A DNA stretch of 64,000 nt from an uncultured Chloroflexia bacterium (GCA_963751345.1 CAVVUS010000027.1:64001-128000); one strand, 5' to 3'; positions 10,799 to 22,431 are shown, counted from the stretch's first letter. Program-made: numbers and translations. Notes: generated by a model from the letters alone, not told the origin.

Positions 10799-11215
10799 AT
10801 GTCTTCTGAGCACATCCCGCCCGCCCCTCCTTCCCCGTCCGAAGGACCGCCCCCCTCGGAGAAGGACCGGGCAAGGGGTCCGCGCTTCTGGCAGACGGTA
10901 GGTGTGGTATTGGGCGCCGACCTTGTGATCACCCTCCTCTATACGCTGATCAGCTCCGGCTTTTCGGACAGAGTCTGGTCCGATGCGCTCTGTGTCTCCG
11001 CCATCATTCTGAGCGTGGCGAGTGTGCTCCCCTTCCTGCTGGATGCCGGACGCGGCGTCACGATGATCGGGAAGATGCGGGGGAGTGACGAACAACGCCA
11101 CGCCGCATGGGAAGAAGAGCGCCGCAAGCGTGAGAAGGGCATGACGATCACCTTTGCCCTATTCTTGGCCGCTCTACTCATCGGGCTGGCCAGCGTTGCA
11201 GCCGGTCTCTTCTAG
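10799..11215 (+). CDS. Hypothetical 3-TM membrane protein
   Basis: C-terminal part of ORF 10535..11215 from MSSEHIPP; three hydrophobic helices. Confidence 0.6.
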   Translation: MSSEHIPPAPPSPSEGPPPSEKDRARGPRFWQTVGVVLGADLVITLLYTLISSGFSDRVWSDALCVSAIILSVASVLPFLLDAGRGVTMIGKMRGSDEQRHAAWEEERRKREKGMTITFALFLAALLIGLASVAAGLF

Positions 11216-11222
11216 ATCATCG

Positions 11223-11963
11223 ATGTCTGTCCCCCCGATTCCTCTTCAGACCATCAAGGGTTGGTTCTTCGACCTCGACGGAACGCTGATGGACACCGAT
11301 GACCAGGCCGTGGACAGCCTGGCCGGCAAGCTTCGCCTGATTGGCGATCAGCGCGCGCAAAAGCTCGCGCGCCGCCTGGTCATGATGGGTGAAACGCCGA
11401 TGAACCGCATGCTCACAATGGCTGATATCGTCGGACTCGATCGCCAGGTTCTCGCGCTGCGGAGACGCCTCAGTATGCAGGTGAAACCCACTTTCCGAAT
11501 CGTCAAGGGAGTCAAACCCCTTCTTGAGCAATTGGCGAGGCTGGGTAACCTTGCGGTGGTCTCTACACGACTGCGGCAGGACGCAGCCCTCTTTCTTCGC
11601 CAGCACGAACTCGAGTCGATCTTTCCCCTGTGCGTGACCCAGGAAACGACACCGCGGCTCAAGCCGCACCCGCAGCCCGTGGCCTACGCGGTCCACCACT
11701 TCGGTCTGGAGCCGTCGGACTGCGTCATGGTGGGAGATACTCCCGTGGATATGCTCGCCGCCCGCCGTGCGGGTGCATGGGCGATCGGCGTTCTGTGTGG
11801 ATTCGGGGAGGAAGTCGAACTCCGGCGTGCCGGCGCCCATCTCATCCTCACCTCTACAGCGGAGCTCCTACCCCTGGTCGCCCGACAGCGGCTCGGTCCC
11901 ACAATCGTAGAGAGCGGCCTCTCAGAATTGTGGAGGCGGGGCGGCGGCTCGTCTAGAGCGTGA
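11223..11963 (+). CDS. HAD-family hydrolase (phosphoglycolate phosphatase-like)
   Basis: FDLDGTL, KPHPQP, MVGDTPVD motifs. Confidence 0.88.
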   Translation: MSVPPIPLQTIKGWFFDLDGTLMDTDDQAVDSLAGKLRLIGDQRAQKLARRLVMMGETPMNRMLTMADIVGLDRQVLALRRRLSMQVKPTFRIVKGVKPLLEQLARLGNLAVVSTRLRQDAALFLRQHELESIFPLCVTQETTPRLKPHPQPVAYAVHHFGLEPSDCVMVGDTPVDMLAARRAGAWAIGVLCGFGEEVELRRAGAHLILTSTAELLPLVARQRLGPTIVESGLSELWRRGGGSSRA

Positions 11964-11966
11964 TGC

Positions 11967-13265
11967 TCAGGGGATAAACACAGCGTCGGCGGGCATTCCC
12001 GGCTTCAGGAGGCCCTGCGGGTTGGGCAGTTCGATCTCGACGGCATAGAAAGTGTTCAGCCGCTCTTCAGCCGTCGCGACGTTGCGCGGCGTGAATTCCG
12101 GCTCTGCACCGATTTTGACAACCTGCCCCTCAAAGGTTTGCCCCGGCCTGCCGTCTTGGGCGGCGAACGCATCTACGCTGGTCTCGACGCGTTGCCCCAA
12201 CCGCACCTGTCCAACCTGATTCTCGGGCACATAGACCTCGAGCGTCACGGTATGGAGATCGGCCAGCGTGAGGAGCGTTGCTGCCGGAGCGGCCAATTCG
12301 CCCGCCTGCACTACCTGTGCCATAACTATGCCATCGATCGGGCTTGCCAGGATACAGCGATCGATCTTGAGATGCAGGAGAGCAACCTGGGCCTCGGCCT
12401 GAAGCACTTTGGCTTCGGCAACGGCCACCTCCTCGGCGGTCGGCCCGGCCAACGTGTCCGTTAACTGCGCACTGGCTACCGCAACCTCGGCGGCGGCGGC
12501 ATGATACTGACCCTCGGCCGCGTCGGCCTGAGCGATGTAGCCCAGGGGCTTGCTGTGAATCCACCACAACTGATCAAGGAGTGCCTGCGCCGTTCCCTGA
12601 TCGGCCTCCGCGGCGGCCAGGGCGTGCTCGGCGGCGGCGACCTGGTAGTCCGCAGCCTGTCGTTCCGTCGTGCCCTGGGATTTGATGTCCCTCGTCATCT
12701 GAACCTGGGCTAACTGCGCTTCAGCCAGCTCAACCTCCTGCACTGCAAGTGCGACCTGGGAGCGAGCGTCAACGATTCGCGCCTCCAGATCCAGGGGGTT
12801 ATCGACCACATCCAGCGCGTTCTGCCATGCCGTGAATAGACCGTCACGCTTTGCCTCGGCGGCGACCACCTTTGCACGCGCAGCCGCGGTCTCCTCGGCC
12901 CGCGGCCCTGCGCGCAGCACCTCGAGATCACTACGCGCGACACCGACGGCCGCCTCTGCCTGCAGAAGCTGCAGATCCCACGGGGTCGTATCCAGGGCCA
13001 CGAGAGCCTCGCCGGCCCGAACTGTCTCACCCTCCCGGACGTTGACGCTCGTGACCCGGCCGCCGAGTTCGCTGGCCAGGCGGATCTCCGTAGCTCGAAT
13101 CGTTCCCGACGCCGTCAACGGAGAAAGAGCCGCAGACGGCGCCTGCGGCGCGGACGTCGTCTGCGGCGTGCCTGCACAACCGGCAGCCAAAAGTGCCACC
13201 ACTACGCTGATCGCCGACACCACCCTGTGCCGCGTCGACCTCCGACTCACTGCTCCCTCAGTCAT
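11967..13265 (-). CDS. HlyD-family membrane fusion lipoprotein
   Basis: Lipobox LAAGC, ASGTIRA, lipoyl halves, EFTPRNVAT, LKPGMPAD. Confidence 0.9.
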   Translation of the reverse strand: MTEGAVSRRSTRHRVVSAISVVVALLAAGCAGTPQTTSAPQAPSAALSPLTASGTIRATEIRLASELGGRVTSVNVREGETVRAGEALVALDTTPWDLQLLQAEAAVGVARSDLEVLRAGPRAEETAAARAKVVAAEAKRDGLFTAWQNALDVVDNPLDLEARIVDARSQVALAVQEVELAEAQLAQVQMTRDIKSQGTTERQAADYQVAAAEHALAAAEADQGTAQALLDQLWWIHSKPLGYIAQADAAEGQYHAAAAEVAVASAQLTDTLAGPTAEEVAVAEAKVLQAEAQVALLHLKIDRCILASPIDGIVMAQVVQAGELAAPAATLLTLADLHTVTLEVYVPENQVGQVRLGQRVETSVDAFAAQDGRPGQTFEGQVVKIGAEPEFTPRNVATAEERLNTFYAVEIELPNPQGLLKPGMPADAVFIP

Positions 13266-14889
13266 GGCTGGGCGTCCCCTTGGATAAAGCGCACGTCGGC
13301 GGGCATACCCGGCTTCAGGAGGCCCTCTGGGTTGTCCAAGTGAAGATCGACGGCAAATACAAGATTCTCACGCTCCTCGACCGTCGCCACATTTCGCGGC
13401 GTGAACTCTGCTTGGTCCGAGATGTACTTCACGTGACCCGTGAAAGTACGGCCCGGAACGCCATCTGAGGCGCGAACGCCGTCTGAGGCGCGAACGCCAT
13501 CTACAGTCACCTCAACCGCTTGGCCCAACTGGATCTCGCCCACGCGTGTCTCAGGGATGTAGACCGTCAGTGTCATATCCGTCAGATCGGCTATGGAGAT
13601 CAACGGGGCACCCTTCGCAGCGATCTCGCCTGGGTGTGCCAGGATCTCAACGACGGTCCCTGAGATCGGGGCTGTGAGCGACAGCATCTCCCGCTCTCTC
13701 TGCAGCGCCTCAACACCGGCGTAGACTTGGTCCACCCGCGCTTTGACTGCCGCTATTTCCTCCACGCTCATACCCGCACGCAACGCGTCGACCCGGGTCT
13801 GGGCAAGCACCGCCTGCGCTGCCAGCTGCGCTTGCGCAGACAGCGCCTCATCGAGCTGTGCCTGAGTGGCCTGGGGGTTGGCCCTCTGGATATAGAGCTG
13901 GTTGAGTTTGGCCTCCAACCCATCTACTTTCGCTGCAGCAGCGTTCACCCCGACCCACGACTGCCACCATAGGTTCGGAAGTGACTGCGCATCTAGGGGA
14001 AAGACAATGTTCTTGTACACATACAGCTCGTAGTTGCCTTGATCCAAGTGGAGTTCGTAGTCATTGTATGTAAACGTGCGGTCCACAACCCCCGGCAGCA
14101 CGTCCCCCCAATCGGCCGGCAGCTGGTCGACCAGCTCATCAGGCAGGGCGTCGGTGATGAGGTCCTGCCACCGTGCCGTTGGCCACCTCGAATTTGTGCC
14201 GTCCTCCACCATCAAAACGGATATACGCCTCATCGAACGCAGCTTTCGCCACCTCCACAGCGTCTTTCTGAGCCACGGCCTCCGCGGCTCGCTCCTGGGC
14301 TGCCGCCAGTTGGCCGCGGGTCACCGCAATCTGCAGATCGATATCCTGAGGCGACGCAAGCAACGCCTGCGTATCGCTCACGGCACGTTGCGCGGCCACT
14401 TGCGCCACCTCAACCTGCGCCAATTGGGCCTCAGCCACCGCAATCTGCCCTGGCCTGGCGCCCGCTTGGGCCTGTGCGAGTCCAGCCTGCGGCAGCAGCG
14501 ACCCCCGCTTCGGCGACCGCGATCTGCGCATCGAGCATCGCCGTGTCGAGCTGGACGACGAGCTGGCCAAGCGCCACCGAATCCCCCTGCCGCGCAGCCA
14601 CATCAGCCACGAGACCCCCAAACTCACTGGCCACCGAGACCTGCCTGGCCTGCATCACGCCCGATGCGGTGAGCGGCGACAGATCCTGCGATACTCCCAG
14701 GTCATGTCGCAGTAGTTTGCCGAGCAGAGGCAGGTTGCTCCAAGACACCCCCGGTATGATGCCGCTCAGATACAATGCAACGGCCCCCATGGCCAGCACG
14801 GCCACGACGATCAGCAATCGAACGCCGTCTGAGGCGCGAACGCCGTCTGAGGCGCGAACGCCATTCGAGGCGTGCCCTCTCCTCTTCAT
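13262..14889 (-). CDS. HlyD-family membrane fusion protein, frameshifted
   Basis: ORFs 14431..14889, 14139..14627, 13262..14233; ASGVMQA, EFTPRNVAT, LKPGMPAD. Confidence 0.85.
13456..13491 (-). repeat. Two 18-bp family A units in hlyD (VRASDG x2)
   Basis: GAACGCC(A/G)TCTGAGGCGC x2. Confidence 0.9.
14820..14873 (-). repeat. Three family A units at the hlyD N-terminus
   Basis: GAACGCCGTCTGAGGCGC x2 plus a degenerate third. Confidence 0.9.
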
Positions 14890-14902
14890 CTCACACTCTC
14901 AC

Positions 14903-15918
14903 TCATTCGCGATTTCGCCCACTCGTCGATTCCCGCTTCACCGCCGAGATAAAGACATCCTCCAGCGTCGGAGCGATCCAGGCAATACCATTCACCGTAA
15001 CGCCACCCTCTGACAACACCGCCGCTACCTCGGCCTCCGAAGTCCCCGCCGTCCCGGGCGCCTCAGGCACAACCACGTGGATCTGCGCCCCATAGAGCGC
15101 AACCTCCTCGAGCGGGAGCTGCCCCGTATCCTGGGCTGCCGTCAAGATCCTCATCGCACCATCGGCATCATCGGTGTCGATCTCAAGTACCCGGCCACGC
15201 ATGCGGGTCGCCTTTAGTGCATCCGGCGTATCGAGCGCAATCAGCCTTCCCCGGCTCAGAAAACCGACCCGCTGGCACAGCTCCGCCTCGTCCATATAGT
15301 GTGTCGTCACAAGCACCGTCACGCCGCCCTTGGCCATGCCGTAGATCAGATCCCAGAACTCCCGGCGACTGATCGGGTCGACGCCCGCCGTGGGCTCGTC
15401 GAGAAAGACAACTTCCGGCTCGTGCACGATTGCGCACCCAAGCGCCAGCCGCTGCTTCCACCCTCCCGAGAGATTTGCGGTCAGGGAATGCGCACGCCCC
15501 TCAAGCCCGGCCATCTCCAGGATCTGGGTCTCGCGCTGACGTAAGAATGCTCCTGAAAGCCCATACGCTTGGCCGTAGAAGCGGATATTCTCCATGGCGG
15601 TGAGGTCTTTGTAGAGCGTGAAGAGCTGGGACATATAGCCCACGTGAGCCTGCATCGCCTTGGCCTGCTTTGAGGGATCATACCCCAAGACGCGCATCTC
15701 GCCGGATGTCGGTCGCATGAGCCCGAGTAACATCCGAATCGTCGTCGTCTTTCCCGCGCCATTGGGTCCCAACCACCCGTAGACCTCGCCACGGTTGACG
15801 TGAAAGCTCACATCCTCGACGGCTGTGAAATCGCCAAAGGTCTTGGTGAGATTGCGGACGATGATCGGGTGCTCCGCATCCGCGCCGTCACGACCCTCGA
15901 TCCGCGCTCGCCCCTCAT
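14903..15918 (-). CDS. ABC-2 exporter ATP-binding protein
   Basis: GPNGAGKT, LSGGWKQR, FLDEPTAGVDP; upstream IIVRNLTKTFGDFTAV in frame; probable ATG 15918 one frameshift away. Confidence 0.88.
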
Positions 15919-15928
15919 CGCCTCCGCC

Positions 15929-16969
15929 CTACTCGTGGGAGGGCGATCGTCTGCTTCGTGGAGGCGCTTGCGCCGTCTGAGTCGCTCCGCCGTCTGAGGC
16001 GCCTCCGCCGTCCGCGGCGCGTGCCCTGATCAGCGAAATAAAGGCCTCCTCCATCCGCGGCGCGATCTCCCGCATCCCCTGGTAGGAGATCCCCTCGGCC
16101 GTGAGCGCCGCCTCGATCTCCGGGCGGCGTTGCGCTGGGTCATCCACGAAGACGTGAAGCATCACACCATACGTCTGCACCTCCTTCACGCCCGCCAGCC
16201 CGGCGACCAGGCGCTTGGCGGGCACAAACGGAGAGGGCACAAACTCCAGGAGATGACCGGGCACCATCGTTTTGATGACATCCGGCGAGTCGTGAGCAAT
16301 CAGCCGGCCCCGATACATCAGGCCGACCCAGTTGCATCGCTCGGCTTCATCCATATACGGCGTGCAGACAAAGATCGTGACCCCTTTTTCAGCGCGCAGG
16401 CTCCCCAGGAGATTCCAGAACTCGCGGCGACTCACAGGGTCAACACCCAGCGTAGGCTCGTCCAACATCACGACCTGTGGCTCGTGGATCAGACTGCAGG
16501 CCAGCGCCAGCTTCTTCTTCATCCCGCCTGACAGCTGCTTCGCCGGTCGGTCTGTGAAATCGGAGAGACCTGCGAACCCCAGAAGCTCGGGGACGCGCCG
16601 CCGTTGGGCCTCGCGGCTCACGCCCTGGACGTTCGCGAAGAAGCGCATGTTCTCCATGACCGTCAGATCTCCGGGCAGCGCAAACTGCTGGGCGATGTAG
16701 CCCACGCGTTCGCGGATCGCGTAGATATCGCGCATCGAATCATAGCCCAGGATCTCGCTCTCGCCGGAGGTCCTGGAGAGCAATCCCAGGATAACCCGCA
16801 CCGTCGTCGTCTTTCCGGCACCGTCGGGGCCAATCAGTCCATACGTCTCACCGCGCCGGACCTGGAGCGTGACACCATCAATTGCCAGAACCGGGCCCTG
16901 CCGCGTTCGGTATCGCTTCGTCAGATCATGCGTTCGGATGGTTATTGTCCGGTCCACGAGCCCAGACAC
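15929..16969 (-). CDS. ABC-2 exporter ATP-binding protein
   Basis: GPDGAGKT, LSGGMKKK, MLDEPTLGVDP. Confidence 0.92.
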   Translation of the reverse strand: MSGLVDRTITIRTHDLTKRYRTRQGPVLAIDGVTLQVRRGETYGLIGPDGAGKTTTVRVILGLLSRTSGESEILGYDSMRDIYAIRERVGYIAQQFALPGDLTVMENMRFFANVQGVSREAQRRRVPELLGFAGLSDFTDRPAKQLSGGMKKKLALACSLIHEPQVVMLDEPTLGVDPVSRREFWNLLGSLRAEKGVTIFVCTPYMDEAERCNWVGLMYRGRLIAHDSPDVIKTMVPGHLLEFVPSPFVPAKRLVAGLAGVKEVQTYGVMLHVFVDDPAQRRPEIEAALTAEGISYQGMREIAPRMEEAFISLIRARAADGGGASDGGATQTAQAPPRSRRSPSHE

Positions 16970-17045
16970 TCCTTATCTTGGATACCCGAAACCGGAGAAG
17001 GCACTTGACCGTTGGCATATCCACACGTCTAAACGTTCAAACGTC

Positions 17046-18344
17046 TTAACGTTCAGACGCCGGATAGTGCGTGTAATTACGCAGGTCGACCACACGCCCT
17101 GCGTGCGCCCACGGAACGTCAAAATCACGTGGCAGTTCCGACGGCAACACCCCCTGATCATAGCACGTCTCCAGGGCTTGCTGGAGTCCTTTCACCCAAA
17201 TCAGGGCGTCGTCCAGTCTGCTGGGCGCGTCATCGTCCAGTCTGCTGGGGGCGTCATCGCCCCGTGCTTCATGGTTCACCAGGTAATCGGGGAACTCCCC
17301 GATCGATGTGACCGACTCCTGTGCTCCATTGACGGCCAGAGTATGCGACATCGCCGCGCGAATCCCGCATGCCAGCGGCGCGCCGGTGCCATCGCGTGGA
17401 TCGCCACGCGCCGCGTGGCTGCCACGCGCAGCGTCGATGGCATCCCAGAGTTTCTGATCCTCGTCGGCGAAGGGATCTCCATAGTCCTTGACGCGCCCGT
17501 CCGTGAAGTGCGCGAGAACGGGGTTGCCGTATGCGGCATAATCGACCACGGCATCCTCGAACTCGTAGCTCAGCACGGGACCGATGTTCTCGTGTACCGA
17601 ATGAGATGTATAGAAGAGAATCTCTACGCCTTCCTCGGTATGACACCGCAACGCGGCCGTATCGTAGTTCTCGATCTCGTTCGCGCGGTAAAGCTCGGCT
17701 TGCACGTCGACCGGGCGCGCACTGGTCTCGCGCGTTGGCCCCAGGACGTAGAAGCAGTTGTGCAGATAGTGGGCCGTCGCGTTGTTGACCGGGCTATCCA
17801 GGATCCAATCCCCGTTCGACGCTCGTAACTTGGCAGCCCAGTTGTTGCGACGGTAGTAGGAGAGGGGCCGAGGCCAGAGCACCTTGGTCCGGAAACGCAG
17901 CGGCTTGCCCAGCACCCCGGCCATAATATCGGCCTTCAGCGCCTGCATCGTGCGCGAAAAGGACCATTGGTAGCCAATCCCGACAAAGCCCTCTGCAGCG
18001 TCGTCCGCCTCCGCCATCCGCAAAGCGTCCTGGATCGTCGCGGTCACGGGCTTTTCACACAAGACGTTCGACCCGTGCGCCAACGCAGTCTCCGTGAAGG
18101 GGCGGTGGAGATGGATGGGTGCGGCAATGACCACTAACTCGGCCGAGGATGCCGCGTAGAAGTGATCCAGATCAGGATAGATCGGAATCTGACGCTCCTG
18201 GAATGCGTCCAGGAAGCGACACCCACGCGGATCCGGATCGATCCCGGCGACGAGCCGGAATCCCTCACGGTCGGAGAACAGGCGTGCGAGATAGGTGTTC
18301 CCGTAGCCCCCTAAAGCCACCATCGCGACAGTCACGTCTCTCAT
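17046..18344 (-). CDS. Gfo/Idh/MocA oxidoreductase
   Basis: ALGGYG, VLCEKP, NNATAHY. Confidence 0.88.
   Translation of the reverse strand: MRDVTVAMVALGGYGNTYLARLFSDREGFRLVAGIDPDPRGCRFLDAFQERQIPIYPDLDHFYAASSAELVVIAAPIHLHRPFTETALAHGSNVLCEKPVTATIQDALRMAEADDAAEGFVGIGYQWSFSRTMQALKADIMAGVLGKPLRFRTKVLWPRPLSYYRRNNWAAKLRASNGDWILDSPVNNATAHYLHNCFYVLGPTRETSARPVDVQAELYRANEIENYDTAALRCHTEEGVEILFYTSHSVHENIGPVLSYEFEDAVVDYAAYGNPVLAHFTDGRVKDYGDPFADEDQKLWDAIDAARGSHAARGDPRDGTGAPLACGIRAAMSHTLAVNGAQESVTSIGEFPDYLVNHEARGDDAPSRLDDDAPSRLDDALIWVKGLQQALETCYDQGVLPSELPRDFDVPWAHAGRVVDLRNYTHYPASER
17210..17257 (-). repeat. Two 24-bp family B units in the oxidoreductase (APSRLDDD)
   Basis: CGTCCAGTCTGCTGGG(C/G)GCGTCAT x2. 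Confidence 0.9.
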
Positions 18345-18417
18345 GCATCCTCCCCTAAGGGGACTCGGGGCGTAAGCCCACCCAGCCCGGTCATCAAAGG
18401 AACGCCCACGGCTGAAC

Positions 18418-18846
18418 CTATGCCGGTACGAAGCCGACACTAACCGCAGTGCGGATCATAGCCACATTGTCGGATGCGGTATGACACGTTGCCACTCGTC
18501 CGGACGCCAGGATGTGGGACGTAACAAACGCAACTACCCGTTTCCCGTAGCCCTGCCGGCGGAAACCCTCCGGCGTCCTGACCGCCGCCGTCTCCCAGGC
18601 TTCATCCGAATACCGCCACTCGGCTGCGATCGCAACCACCTGCCCACCGGCGACAAAGCCACAGTACCGATAGCCATCCTGATGGGCATCCTCCCAGATT
18701 CGCCTGGATAATGGAGCTTCAGGCGACCAGAGAGCCTCAGCAAGGTGATAGTCAGCGTCCCGGTCGAGCCACCGAACTCCTGAGAACTCAACATTCCTGT
18801 AGCTCTCCGGTGTACAGACCAGGCTAACGAAGGTGGGTGTGGGCAT
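18418..18846 (-). CDS. GNAT acetyltransferase
   Basis: VRTPEGFRRQGYGK acetyl-CoA motif; NVAMIRTA..VGF. Confidence 0.8.
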   Translation of the reverse strand: MPTPTFVSLVCTPESYRNVEFSGVRWLDRDADYHLAEALWSPEAPLSRRIWEDAHQDGYRYCGFVAGGQVVAIAAEWRYSDEAWETAAVRTPEGFRRQGYGKRVVAFVTSHILASGRVATCHTASDNVAMIRTAVSVGFVPA

Positions 18847-18858
18847 CGAAGGGACAGC

Positions 18859-20173
18859 TCATCTGTGGGCCAGGATCATATCGATCCGCAAGATGGCCTC
18901 GTGGGTCGCACGCCCCGAATGGTAACACGCCTTCCATGGGTTGCCGATTGCCGCAACCAGCGGGTCACCGGTCTCGCTCAGCAGCGTCATCCATTCACCC
19001 AGTCTATGGTTGATCATATGCTCCCATACGAACGACCAGACAAGGTCGAACGCCTCGAAGTACTTCGCATCGCCCGTGATCTCATAGGCGTCAAGGTAGC
19101 CCACGAGCGCCTCTGCATTCTGCCAGAACTCCTTGTCGCGCACCAGAGCAGGCCCTGCGTGCGGTCCGTCGCGGTAGACGCCCCCATGCTCGCGGTCGAG
19201 GCCATAGGCTAGCGAGTGATCCACCAGATGGCGAACCACGCCTTCATAGGCGTCCCGTGGCTTGCCCAGCACCTCGCCGGCCCGAACCAGGAGCCAGGCC
19301 AACTCCACGTTGTGCCCGTAGGAGGTTGTATCAGTCGGTGCTTCGACCGACTCGCCCTCGCGGTCGGCGTTCCACGTCCGCCGGATCGCGATTGCCGGGA
19401 TGGGGCGGAAGTTCAGATCGTACTGGTTACCACCGCAGCCGTTCTCCATATCGACCATGTGCGTGAGGATCACGTCGATGACTTCCTGGAGCCGGCGGCG
19501 GTGGACCTCTTTGCCGGATGCTTGCGCCAGGACCGTGAAGCATTCCAACAGGTGCATGTGGATATCCAGCGACTTCCGATCCCCCGCGCAGAAGCCCCCC
19601 GGCGAGAGCTGCCAATCGGGCTCCAGGTTCTCGTAGTAGCCGCCGCGAGCGGTGTCGACACAGTATCGCTGCAGCAGATCGAACGTGCGCTCCGCATAGT
19701 CCAAGCCCACGCTCGTCGCCCGTGGCGAGATAATACGTGGCGAGAGCGTAGATGGCGAAACTCTGACCATAGACCAGCTTGCCATTGTCGATCATCGTGC
19801 CGTCGCGCGCCACTTTCCACGCCCAGCCGCCGTGATCCACATCCCAGAAATGATCGATGAAGAAGTCGACGCCCTGGCGTGCGTAGGGGACATAACGATC
19901 GTCGTCGGGATCGATCATATGGAAGGTGGAGAATCCCCAGATCAGGCGGGTCTGCGTGACGATATGCTTATCGAACACCGTCTGAGGCGCGGACGCCGTC
20001 CGAGGCGCGGTGTCATCCTCGATGAGTTCGCCGTTGGCATCGAAACAGGTCAGATAGCCGCCGTAGTCCTGATCGACACCGCGCAGCGTCCAGAAGGGCA
20101 TGATCCCCCGGGTCAGGTGCTCCTGTAGCTGTGCACGCGCCGTACGCAGTCGCTCCTCAATAAGTGTGTCCAC
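18859..20173 (-). CDS. AGE-family epimerase (cellobiose 2-epimerase-like), frameshifted
   Basis: PFW..GVD..YGGY, VTQTRLIWGFS, YGQSFAIYALA, HMHLLE, SYGHNVE, WQNAEA, WKACYHSGR. Confidence 0.88.
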
Positions 20174-20188
20174 GCTTGCCCCCGATTT

Positions 20189-21578
20189 CTATGGAAAGAA
20201 GTTCGGTAGATTCGCTCGGTGCGCCGCCAGCAGGTCCTCCATCATCGACGCTGCCACGCCGCGGTCCGTGATCGCGCCATCCAGAAGCAAAGCCTCCACG
20301 AAAAGCCTCCGGTCTCCGGTTAGCGCTGCTTCGACCGTGAGACGCGTCGATGCCAGTCTTCGCGAGATAACGCCTGCCAGCTCATCGGAGAAATCCGGCG
20401 TCTGGATCGGCAAGAGGCCAACCGCGCGTCGCGACGGCGGGGATCTCCAGGATGGCATCGTCGGGCAGGCTGGGCACAGTCCCCTGGTTGGGCAAGTTGG
20501 CCGCGAAAACCTCACGGGTATCGTAGCGAATCGCACGAATGATGTTCAGCAACTGCTCATGCTCGCCCACCGTGTGCGTGAAGATCCACGCATCCAGCGG
20601 CTCCTCCCCCAATGCCTGGGCTCGCATCCGGGCGTAGTCTCGGTCCCCCGCGGCGATCGTGCCCTCGAACGAATAGGCATCAACCCCCAGCGTCTTGCCG
20701 TAGTAACGTCCACCGGGGAATCGCTCGGGAAAGAACTCCGTGACGTGCCGATCGTTTGCGGAGGGATACGCTCCATAGGCCTCGAAGAGCGACCAGGAGA
20801 ACGGATTGTCGATGCCGAAGGTGGAAGGCGAAGCCGAGCCATCGCCCAGTCGTTCGCGAGCCACAGGCCACATATCGCGCCCGCGCCACCGAAGGTCGTG
20901 GATGAAGGTCAGGTGGTTCAGGCCCGCAAAGCGCACCGTCCAGTCTGCTGGACGCACCGTCCACGCCGTCTGAGGCGCGTCCGCTGGACGCATCGTCTCC
21001 TCCGGGGGTGCCCCCACAAACTGGGCTAGCTGCCGGCTGACGTCGAAAGTGCCATGACACAGCCCAATAACGGGCACGCCCGTGGCCTTGCGCACCGCCC
21101 AGCAGTTAGCCGTCATCGGGTTGCTGTAGTTGAAAAACCAGGCACGGGGACACTGTTCGGCCACGTCGCGGGCGATCCCGACCAGCGCCGGAATCATCCG
21201 CATGGCGCGCGAAATACCTCCCGGCATCACGGTGTCGCCTACCGGCTGGTAGATCCCGTAGGTCCGCGGGATGAAGACATCGGCTTCCCAGGCGCGACGA
21301 CCGCCGACGCCGATCGTCGAAACAACGATGTCCGCACCGGGCAGGAGATCGCGGCGATCTTCGGAGGCCTGGACGTCGATATCGGCGCCCGTCGCCTCCA
21401 CCATGCGCCGGCTCAGCCCCTCTGCCGTCTCCAGCGCCTCAGGATCGATGTCGACAAGGCCCAGCACCCACGGCCCCAGTGCCGGTGACTGGATCAAGTC
21501 GGCCACGAGCCCTTTGGTGAAGACCGCGCTCCCGGCACCGATCAGCACGATTTTCGTGGTACGTTGACGTTCCGTCAT
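20189..21578 (-). CDS. GH4 NAD-dependent glycosidase (alpha-galactosidase/glucosidase-like), frameshifted
   Basis: IGAGS, GDTVMPGG, NYSNP, GLCHG, AGLNH, DRHVTEF. Confidence 0.9.
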
Positions 21579-22431
21579 TTTGCCTCGACGCACCCGGCCT
21601 CGACCATCACCTTGCGCAACGCGGTGACGGCAATCTGCATCCCGTCGGCGCCGCTGAATCCGGTGCTGTGACCGGCAATCTTCAGGTGGGGCTCCAGTGA
21701 AAGGATCCCCTGATATCCGCTCGCCTTCAGGTGAGTCAGCAGAAGCGAAAGCTGACCATCCCCCTCACCCGCAGGGACAACGTGCCCATCACTCAACACC
21801 GCATCCTTGATGTGAACGTAGCCGATAGCATCGCCGAGCATCGGCCATCCGCGCTCGACGACCTTGGCCTCTCCGACCTGGATGAAGTTCGCCGAATCCC
21901 AGAGAAAGCGCAGATTCGGACTGTCGACCGCCTTGACCACCGTCTCGCAACGCGCAAGCGTGTCGGTGACGATCCCCTTCTCGTTCTCCAGCAGCAGGAC
22001 AAAGCCCGCTTCCTCGGCCATCCCGGCGAGCTTGCTCAGACGCTCGGTGGAGGCCTCGACGTACTGGTCATACGCGGCGTTGGTGCTTGTATCAGGAGGG
22101 TAGAAAGAGAAGAGCCGCACGTTACGGCAGCCGACGATCTCGCCGACCCTGAAGATCCTGCGCAGGTTCTCCATCTCAACCTCGATCGGCTGCATGATGG
22201 GCGACTTACCGATCGGGCTTCCGAGACAGGCGACGTACAATGCCGTGAGTCCGCGCAGACCTTCACGACTTGGTCGAGGTCCTCGTCGTCCATATGGAGC
22301 ACGTTCTTGCCCCACGCGCCGCGCAGGTCGAGGCGCCCCACCCCCAGCTCCCCCAACGTCGTAAGCTGCTCGTCCAGATCCGGCGCAATTTCATCGCCAA
22401 AAGCGCTGATCCGAAATGTCGCTGACGTCAT
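21575..22431 (-). CDS. Sugar phosphate isomerase/epimerase (xylose-isomerase-like TIM barrel), frameshifted
   Basis: SAFGDEI, GSPIGK, LENEK, WDSANF, HIKDA, SLEPHL. Confidence 0.85.

Noticed and set aside
10535-11215. FtsK gamma domain fused to a membrane protein
   Set aside because: A 1-bp shift restores PPF* at 10775 and a separate ATG at 10799.
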